From assembly GCA_964576585.1 (NCBI GenBank), contig CAZNWO010000052.1:1-21289 (forward strand): a stretch of 21,289 nt of DNA, read 5' to 3'. The position numbers and the translations under genes were made by a program. Of this stretch, positions 14,887 to 21,289 are shown in pieces (positions within the stretch are counted from its first letter, which is position 1; the number at the start of each line of letters is the position of its first letter). Below the pieces are notes generated by a model that had not been told where the DNA came from, searched no databases, and was given only the letters and a program-made list of their open reading frames with translations. The stretch is from an uncultured Puniceicoccaceae bacterium. Lineage in GTDB: Bacteria > Verrucomicrobiota > Verrucomicrobiia > Opitutales > Seribacteraceae.

Positions 14887-16421
14887 TAGGAATTGATTTG
14901 TTTTGCGTGAAGTAGTTCCCCGGTGACCAATCGATCGTCAAAGGGTATGCAGGTGTACTGAACTTCCTGATAGGTCTCATGACCCTTTCCCGCGATAAGA
15001 AGGCAGTCACCCTCTCGGGAAGCATCCAAAGCCAAGCTGATTGCTTGTCTTCTATCCATGATGAAGTTGATTTTCGAACGCTTGGGCAGACCCTTTCGCA
15101 TATCCGAAAAAATATCCTCCTGAAGTTCCGTTCTGGGGTTATCGGATGTCGCCCAAGACTCGTCCGCTCCCGCACAAGCCACCCTTGTCATCTCAAGCCT
15201 CTTGCCACGGTCGCGATCCCCGCCGCAGCCAAAGACTAGATGCAACCTCCCCGAAGTGAATTCACGCAACATGCCGAGGGCATTCCGCAAGGCGTCCGGC
15301 GTATGTGCGTAGTCAACGAGCACCTTGTAACGCTGCCCATTCTCAACTGGTTCCATTCTGCCATCCACTCCAATGAAAGATCCAACCTTGTGGACAACCT
15401 TTGAAACCGAAAAGCCGAGAGCATGCACAATTGCAAGGCTTGCAGCCACGTTCATTACATTGTATCGTCCGAGCATTGGGCTCCTAATCACCATCGAGCC
15501 ACCGGGACAATCGAGGACGAACTCCGATCCATCCGAAGAAAGGGAAATCTCGCGAACACGAAAATCGTTACCCGATTCCTCTCCAAAGGTTATGGAGCGA
15601 ATCGGAGTCGGTATCTCCTCGAGCAATCGTCTTCCATAAGGACAATCCCCGTTAACGACGGCAGCCTTTGGCAAGGAGCCGTTTTGCCCATTGAAAATAG
15701 CACTCTTCTGGGCAAAATATTCCTCCATGCCACCGTGGTAATCAAGATGGTCCCGACTTAGATTCAGGAAAGCCGCAACCTCCATCCTGAGACCTGCAAC
15801 CCGCGATTGATGAATCCCATGGGAACTCACCTCCATGACCGCCTCGGCGCAACCTGCAGCCAACATGCTTCGCAACATAGCATACAAATCAGCAGACTCG
15901 GGAGTAGTCTTGAAGGAAGGCACCTCTCGATCTCCCAGATTATACCGGACGGTACCCACTAACCCCACAGGTCTGCCCGGCCTTTCCATCAAGTGCCTAA
16001 CCAAGCTCGTGACGGTCGTCTTCCCATTCGTGCCCGTAACCCCTGCCACGCGTAAATGGGTGTCGGGCCAACCATGATAACGCCTTGCAAAGCTAGCCAA
16101 GGCAACCCGGGCATCGGCAACCTTAATGGAGGCAACGCTGGAAGACCCAGCATAACTCTCCGAAGCAACCACCCCGGCAGCTCCCCTGTCAATCGCCTCC
16201 TCGACATATTTGCCGCCATCCGTTCGGTCACCCGAAAAAGCGAAAAACAAGGAACCCGGAGTCACCCTCCTACTGTCGGTGACAAGATCATTCACCAACA
16301 AACTCCTGTCCCCGTGAAATTCACAACCCTCCGGAAGCAACTCCTCTAGGACCATAGGTCCTCGCATTCGTTCCCGAAAGTCACTCTCGGGATTTTGATT
16401 ATGGTGTTCGCGCGTTTTCAT
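14886..16421 (-). CDS. murE: UDP-N-acetylmuramoyl-L-alanyl-D-glutamate--2,6-diaminopimelate ligase MurE
   Basis: P-loop GVTGTNGKTT and the DNPR motif (aa 427-430, nt 15132-15143) characteristic of meso-DAP-adding MurE enzymes. Confidence 0.94.
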   Translation of the reverse strand: MKTREHHNQNPESDFRERMRGPMVLEELLPEGCEFHGDRSLLVNDLVTDSRRVTPGSLFFAFSGDRTDGGKYVEEAIDRGAAGVVASESYAGSSSVASIKVADARVALASFARRYHGWPDTHLRVAGVTGTNGKTTVTSLVRHLMERPGRPVGLVGTVRYNLGDREVPSFKTTPESADLYAMLRSMLAAGCAEAVMEVSSHGIHQSRVAGLRMEVAAFLNLSRDHLDYHGGMEEYFAQKSAIFNGQNGSLPKAAVVNGDCPYGRRLLEEIPTPIRSITFGEESGNDFRVREISLSSDGSEFVLDCPGGSMVIRSPMLGRYNVMNVAASLAIVHALGFSVSKVVHKVGSFIGVDGRMEPVENGQRYKVLVDYAHTPDALRNALGMLREFTSGRLHLVFGCGGDRDRGKRLEMTRVACAGADESWATSDNPRTELQEDIFSDMRKGLPKRSKINFIMDRRQAISLALDASREGDCLLIAGKGHETYQEVQYTCIPFDDRLVTGELLHAKQINS

Positions 16422-16447
16422 GAATGCAAAAGGAAATTCCCGAAAAA

Positions 16448-18235
16448 TCAGCGGCTCCTCCGCCCAAGGTCGTTGAGATCTGCTATTTTTTTCTCCGGAC
16501 GTATTCCCAGATAATCCATGATCTCCTTGGCGACCTTGCCAAAGGCAGGAGCTGCAACGCTTCCCCCATATCCGATTCGCCCAGCCTTCATCTTGGGCTC
16601 GTCAACAACGACCGTGACTACAACCCTAGGATTATCGGCCGGCAAGAAACCCACGAAAGAGGCGACGTGGTGACGATTAGAATACCTGCCGTCGACAAGC
16701 TTCTGGGTCGTGCCAGTCTTCCCCGCAACCTCATACCCTTCAACCTTCGCCTGCTTTGCGGTACCATTGTCCCCCACTACGTCAACCAGCATATCAGTAA
16801 GCAGTGAGGAGACGTCGCTTTGCAAAACCCTTTGCGAACCACGAGGCTTAAAGTCGACGACAGTCCTTCCCGAAGAGTCGAAAACTCTGCGAACCAGTTG
16901 AGGTTTCATAAGGATACCGTCATTTGCAACTGCTGCCATTGCGGAATGCATCTGCATAGGCGTAACGCTAACCGCATGCCCCATTGGAAGACGGGTAATT
17001 GTCAACCCATCCCAGTTTTTGGGATGATGAAGGATTCCTTTTCTTTCACCACGAGCGCCGAGATTCGTTGGCCTCCCAAAACCAAACATCCTGCAATACT
17101 CGTACATCCTTCGGTCGCCGAGCATAATGCCCAGTTGAGCCGCCCCTCGATTGCTGGACTTGGCGACTACCTCTCTTACGCTGATCTTTCCAAGAGGATG
17201 GTGATCTCTGGGCAATCTATATTTTCTGCCCCCTCTCCAAGAAACAGCCTCCGAACAATCGATGATGCTCTCGCTGTTGACCAAGCCTTCATTCAAGGCG
17301 CCTCCGACGGCAACAATTTTGAAGACCGAACCAGGCTCGTACAGGTCGGTCAACGCCCTGTTTCGCAAATCGCTCATATCTGCATAATTGAATCGATTTG
17401 GATCAAAATCAGGGGCATTCGCCATGCCCAGCAGGTACCCGGAGGTTGGCTCGCTTACAATGATACTAGCGCTCAAGGGGGAAAATTCCTCGACGACTTG
17501 TACCAGTTGTCGCTCGACGATGTCCTGTATCATTCGATCTATGCTCAGCTCGATGTTCAAGCCATCGACAGGTGGAATTTCTCGTGTGCGGAACTGCAAC
17601 AGTTCTCGTCTTCTCCCATCTCGTTCCGTTTCACGCCAACCATCCTGTCCGCGAAGGTAATAATCGGTCATCTGTTCGATGCCCATCGCGGCAGTGCCTT
17701 CCTTATTAACGAACCCAACCACATGAGAAGCCAAATTTTTTCCCGGATACAAACGCGAATGCTTATAATTTCCGTATACCCCCTTGATCCCCAGATTCAT
17801 GACGCGGAGATAAAACTCTTCCTCGACCTCATCCGCAATCTTCGCCCACCTAACCTGCCTAACTTCGCCATCAAAACTCGCTCCAGTCCTCGTTTTGGTC
17901 AAGAAAGCCTTCCTGACTTCCTCGGTATCAAGACTCAGTAATCGAGCCAACTCGGGGATTAGAACCAAGTCCTCCTCGACAACTGACTGAGGATCGACTC
18001 CGATTTCAACCACAGATCGAGTCGTCGCCAATAGGTTACCCTTGCAATCCACGATGTCACCTCTACGCGATTGGAGTGTCGAGAAGTTACGTCTCGCGCT
18101 TTGAGCCGACTCTCGAAGGGCAGGAGCCTTAATTGCCTGAAGATAAACCAAACGTCCCGCAAGTGAGCAAAAGACGCAAGTAATAGCCGCAAAAACAAGG
18201 TAGAATCGAAAAGAAGAAAGAAAAGCGGTTCTCAT
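16448..18235 (-). CDS. ftsI: Peptidoglycan D,D-transpeptidase FtsI (class B PBP, PBP3-like)
   Basis: N-terminal TM anchor and the three penicillin-binding motifs SVFK, SSN and KTGT. Position after ftsL, with an ATGA overlap. Confidence 0.94.
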   Translation of the reverse strand: MRTAFLSSFRFYLVFAAITCVFCSLAGRLVYLQAIKAPALRESAQSARRNFSTLQSRRGDIVDCKGNLLATTRSVVEIGVDPQSVVEEDLVLIPELARLLSLDTEEVRKAFLTKTRTGASFDGEVRQVRWAKIADEVEEEFYLRVMNLGIKGVYGNYKHSRLYPGKNLASHVVGFVNKEGTAAMGIEQMTDYYLRGQDGWRETERDGRRRELLQFRTREIPPVDGLNIELSIDRMIQDIVERQLVQVVEEFSPLSASIIVSEPTSGYLLGMANAPDFDPNRFNYADMSDLRNRALTDLYEPGSVFKIVAVGGALNEGLVNSESIIDCSEAVSWRGGRKYRLPRDHHPLGKISVREVVAKSSNRGAAQLGIMLGDRRMYEYCRMFGFGRPTNLGARGERKGILHHPKNWDGLTITRLPMGHAVSVTPMQMHSAMAAVANDGILMKPQLVRRVFDSSGRTVVDFKPRGSQRVLQSDVSSLLTDMLVDVVGDNGTAKQAKVEGYEVAGKTGTTQKLVDGRYSNRHHVASFVGFLPADNPRVVVTVVVDEPKMKAGRIGYGGSVAAPAFGKVAKEIMDYLGIRPEKKIADLNDLGRRSR

Positions 18236-18612
18236 TGACCGAAGTTCCTGGCTATCGTTCCTCTTTCGGAAGCTCCGGTCGGCAAATCCAAATTATCCGA
18301 CAACCTTCGCCTCATATCCTCGGGGGTAACGTAGAATTGTTTTGCAGGAGGGGGTTTCTCCAGGCGCCCGGCAACCATGTGCGCCAATCGGGTCGGCCTC
18401 ATGACCGCAGAACGCTGTCCGCGAAGATCGCGCAAGCGTCGGTTCACACGCTCTCTTTCGTCCTCCAGCTTGCCGCATAGCTTGGCCACTTCGGAAATTT
18501 CCATACGAAACCAGACCACGCCCAAAGAGAAGAGACCTACGAGCAGCAAGAAGACCAAGCCAAGTATTGTACCCAACCTCCAGAAGGAGATCTTGCTCGC
18601 TTTCTTTTTCAT
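18232..18612 (-). CDS. ftsL: FtsL-like bitopic cell division protein
   Basis: 126 aa with a short basic N-terminus, one TM segment (LGTILGLVFLLLVGLFSLGVVWF), and a coiled-coil-like segment (EISEVAKLCGKLEDERERVNRRLRDL). It is in the canonical slot between rsmH and ftsI, with 4-nt overlaps on both sides. Assignment rests on architecture and position, not sequence identity. Confidence 0.65.
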   Translation of the reverse strand: MKKKASKISFWRLGTILGLVFLLLVGLFSLGVVWFRMEISEVAKLCGKLEDERERVNRRLRDLRGQRSAVMRPTRLAHMVAGRLEKPPPAKQFYVTPEDMRRRLSDNLDLPTGASERGTIARNFGQ

Positions 18613-19583
18613 AGCTCGGGCTGGGACAATTTGGTCAAGAAACGCATACGGGCCGAACGGCTTCGTGGATTGCGTTCGACCTCTTCTAGAGTAGGCATGA
18701 TCGCCTTGGTAGAGCCCAACCCCGCGTAAGCCACACGATCCTGCTGCGGGCGAGAATCCAGGCGATGTTCAGGACGACCCGACATACGGCGCATGAAACG
18801 CTTGACTATCCTGTCCTCGAGGGAATGAAAAGCTATCACAGTCAAGACACCGCCCACCTTCAGGGCTCGAAAAGCCTTGGGCAGAGCCACGGCAATGGCT
18901 TCCAACTCTCCGTTAATAGCAATGCGCACGCCCTGAAAAGTCTTCGTAGCAGGATGAATCCTCGGCTTTCTTCCATGCGGCCTTCCAATTGCCTTCTCGA
19001 CAACCTCGGCTGCACTAACTGTGTTTTGCAACCTGCCCGAACCGCGAGCCTCGATAATTGCATTCACCACACGATGCCAACGCCTCTCCTCACCATATTC
19101 TCGAACAGCACGCACAAGGCTTTCCTCGGACGCATTCTCAAGAAATTCAGCGGCGGAATGCCCGGCGCGAGGATTCAATCGCATATCGAGCGGAGCATTG
19201 AGCCTGAATGAAAAACCCTTCGACGCCTCAGAAAGCTGAAACGACGAAATACCCAAATCGAACAGAACTCCATCGAACTCGCCCTCGGCTGAAACTTCGT
19301 CCAGACGCTGAAAATTCAGATCGTGAAAGCAAAAGCGATCTCCAAAGGAACCGACCAGTGGAGAAGCACGCTCCATTGCATCAGGGTCACAATCCATGGC
19401 AACGACCTCAACGGTCGCGTCATTTCCTAACAAAGCTTCGGAATGTCCGCCTCCCCCGAAAGTGCAGTCAAGGAAACGCTTGCCGGGCTTAGGACTCAAG
19501 GCTGCCAGCGCCTCGTCTAGAAGTACTGGAATGTGCCTCACCTTGGAAGGGATGCAGACGAATTCAGCTGTGCCGCAAAGCAT
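18609..19583 (-). CDS. rsmH: 16S rRNA (cytosine1402-N4)-methyltransferase RsmH (MraW)
   Basis: HIPVLLDEAL near the N-terminus, SAM-binding DCTFGGGGHS, FHSLEDR, and a position after mraZ. Confidence 0.95.
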   Translation of the reverse strand: MLCGTAEFVCIPSKVRHIPVLLDEALAALSPKPGKRFLDCTFGGGGHSEALLGNDATVEVVAMDCDPDAMERASPLVGSFGDRFCFHDLNFQRLDEVSAEGEFDGVLFDLGISSFQLSEASKGFSFRLNAPLDMRLNPRAGHSAAEFLENASEESLVRAVREYGEERRWHRVVNAIIEARGSGRLQNTVSAAEVVEKAIGRPHGRKPRIHPATKTFQGVRIAINGELEAIAVALPKAFRALKVGGVLTVIAFHSLEDRIVKRFMRRMSGRPEHRLDSRPQQDRVAYAGLGSTKAIMPTLEEVERNPRSRSARMRFLTKLSQPEL

Positions 19584-19784
19584 TAAAGCAAGATGGATCG
19601 AATCTTGACGAATCGCCGCCCCTCCTCGAGACGGACCTTGAAAGGCTGTAAGGGTTTGCGGAGTATGTGAACGAGGTCATAGACCCCGAAAAAAAAGCGT
19701 GAGGAACCCGGGCATCATACGCGCAATCCCCCCTTCCCAAGACGACCACCCCAAAAGGTCGCCCGGTATAATTAAGCGCGTCGA

Positions 19785-20231
19785 TCATAATCCCAGGTCC
19801 CTCATCGCATCAAAAATGTTTCGTTCCGAGGCTTGCGGTCGGTCCGAGTAGGGTTTTTCGCCCCAGACGGTGAAAAAAGTGCCCGTTCCGACCAGAACGG
19901 CCTTCTTGCCTATACTTGCGTGAGACAAGAGCTTGTCCGTCAGGTTGATTCGTCCCTGCTTGTCGCAACCGAAGGAATGAGCCTTCGAGAAAAGTTCCAT
20001 CAACAAAATCTGGGCGCTCGCGTCGCTCATGCGCGCCTCGGCGACCTTCTCCTCCAATCGAGCCACCATTCGAGGCGGATAAACCGTAACGTAACCCACG
20101 GGGTTGGGCAAAGCCAAATAGGTGCTGTCGTCTCCCTTGATACGCCACTTCGAGGGAATCGTGATTCGTCCCTTGTCGTCCACGGAATGCACGAACTCTC
20201 CAACGAAAAAACTTACGTTCAAACTGTCCAT
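19785..20231 (-). CDS. mraZ: Transcriptional regulator MraZ (two SpoVT/AbrB-like domains)
   Basis: The hallmark DDKGRITIPSKWR motif in the first half and DKQGRINL in the second. First gene of the dcw cluster. Confidence 0.95.
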   Translation of the reverse strand: MDSLNVSFFVGEFVHSVDDKGRITIPSKWRIKGDDSTYLALPNPVGYVTVYPPRMVARLEEKVAEARMSDASAQILLMELFSKAHSFGCDKQGRINLTDKLLSHASIGKKAVLVGTGTFFTVWGEKPYSDRPQASERNIFDAMRDLGL

Positions 20232-20250
20232 CGGACATCACAGCTTAACT

Positions 20251-20314
20251 AATTTGCTCCATTTTTCACCACTATCTGACATTTTGCCCCACTTCAGTCA
20301 ACTGTTTTCCCAAA
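20251..20314 (-). promoter_or_regulatory. Direct repeats of a GTGGKG-AAAAT-type motif upstream of mraZ (candidate MraZ operator), with a weak candidate promoter
   Basis: Read on the minus strand: TTTGGGAAAACA (20314-20303), GTGGGGCAAAAT (20292-20281), GTGGTGAAAAAT (20272-20261) and ATGGAGCAAATT (20262-20251). Spacings are 22, 20 and 10 bp, ending 20 nt before the mraZ ATG. Candidate promoter: TTGACT (20301-20296), 19-nt spacer, GATAGT (20276-20271). The spacer is long and the -10 is weak, so the promoter call is low confidence. Confidence 0.45.
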
Positions 20315-20533
20315 AAATGAAGAAAAAAAGATGCAATTAACCAATTAAACCTCGATGGTTGTCAGGATTTGGACCAAAAAAAACGTTCAAGAAAAAGTGG
20401 CGGTAAATTCCACGCTTTTTGATTTTCGACTCCAAAGTACCCCAAAAGGATTCCCTGAGAACATCCGTCAAAGAAGCCAAACTTCATAAAGAACGGCTTG
20501 AGCTAAGATCGAAAATGACCAAGAAATGAGAAT

Positions 20534-21289
20534 ATGAAGAAATCCAAGCTTCGCGCCGACGAATTGCTCTTGTCGCTCGACCTTTGCGAGAGCAGAACCC
20601 AAGCGAAGGCCCTCATCCTCGGGGGAAAGGTATGGCTTGGAACCGAGCGCGTGGACAAACCCGGACGAATCCTGCCCGAGGATGCCCCCATCCGAGTGGA
20701 CGCTCCTCCACCCTTCGTCGGTCGCGGAGGTGAAAAGCTAAGTGGTTTCTTAAAGGAATTCCCTCTACAGGTAGATGGACTGGATATTCTCGATGTCGGT
20801 GCATCCACGGGAGGCTTCACCGACTGTCTTCTTAAGGCAGGCGCCCGCTCCGCAACATGCGTGGACGTAGGATACGGTCAATTGCACTACAGTCTGCGAC
20901 AAGATGAACGAGTAACGAACCTCGAACGCACAAACGCACGCAACCTTGCCCCCAGCGACCTTCCCCTGCACGAATATCCTCTCATCGTTATGGACCTCTC
21001 CTTCATTTCCCTCCGAAAGGTTCTTCCGGCGATCTGGAACCTGTTGAGCGATGACGGTCACCTCATCGCCCTCGTCAAACCTCAATTCGAAGCGACCAAG
21101 CAAGAAGCAGACCGAGGAAAAGGCATCATTCGAGACGATGCCGTACACACGCGAATTCTTTCCGAGATCAAGGATTTCGCCAAAAAAAAGCTATCTAACG
21201 CAGAAGTTTTCGCCGAAACTAAATCCATTATCAAGGGTACGAACGGAAACACGGAATATTTCTTGGGATGGACCAAGAAATCTACCTAG
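20534..21289 (+). CDS. tlyA: TlyA-family rRNA 2'-O-methyltransferase (S4 RNA-binding domain plus FtsJ-like methyltransferase; historically called hemolysin A)
   Basis: N-terminal S4-like [32 protein letters not shown] motif [15 protein letters not shown], and DLSFISL. The complete ORF ends with TAG at the window edge. It is divergent from mraZ. Confidence 0.9.
   Translation: MKKSKLRADELLLSLDLCESRTQAKALILGGKVWLGTERVDKPGRILPEDAPIRVDAPPPFVGRGGEKLSGFLKEFPLQVDGLDILDVGASTGGFTDCLLKAGARSATCVDVGYGQLHYSLRQDERVTNLERTNARNLAPSDLPLHEYPLIVMDLSFISLRKVLPAIWNLLSDDGHLIALVKPQFEATKQEADRGKGIIRDDAVHTRILSEIKDFAKKKLSNAEVFAETKSIIKGTNGNTEYFLGWTKKST

Noticed and set aside
16820-17941. 373-aa + strand ORF antisense to ftsI
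   Set aside because: It has no recognisable motifs and is nested antisense in a PBP gene with all three catalytic motifs. It has no promoter or RBS context.
20334-20348. Tandem CAATTAA-C-CAATTAA in the mraZ/tlyA intergenic region as a regulator site
   Set aside because: It has two copies of 7 bp in AT-rich DNA, which is too short to distinguish from chance without comparative data.
20391-20420. AAAAAGTGG-N9-CCACGCTTTTT as a bidirectional terminator between tlyA and mraZ
   Set aside because: The stem is only 4 bp with a bulge, and it lies between divergent promoters where no terminator is needed. It is probably just AT-rich promoter DNA.

Overview
Nearly the whole window is one complete, tightly packed division/cell-wall (dcw) cluster on the minus strand. 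Gene order is mraZ-rsmH-ftsL-ftsI-murE-murF-mraY-murD-[LysM protein]-ftsW-murG-murC::murB fusion-ddl-ftsQ-ftsA-ftsZ, spanning 20231 down to 906. A divergent tlyA-type rRNA methyltransferase (20534..21289, +) lies on the right, and a convergent orphan 133-aa ORF (418..819, +) on the left. The MurC-MurB fusion and the overall layout suggest a PVC-group, probably verrucomicrobial, genome; this is inference only. I saw no tRNA/rRNA, CRISPR, transposase/integrase or recognisable defence genes, and nothing that convincingly forms a new multi-gene system, so most of the window is ordinary housekeeping. Housekeeping annotation does not explain the left end. It holds about 11 head-to-tail degenerate 21-bp units (99..330) with core GRTCGSGAG and five GATC sites in exact register. 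These are followed by an AT-rich segment with a near-consensus sigma70 promoter (TTGACA-17-TAATAT, 380..408), whose predicted start site sits about 3 nt before the ATG of the orphan ORF. Secondary points are listed here.
- A signal-anchored protein with three LysM modules is inserted between murD and ftsW.
- GTGGKG-type direct repeats lie upstream of mraZ.
- The mraZ-rsmH spacer is 201 bp and is exactly filled by a 74-aa ORF with an ATGA overlap.
- The FtsZ C-terminal linker is Lys/Ala-rich.
The many long alternate-frame ORFs in the track are GC-driven shadows of the real genes.
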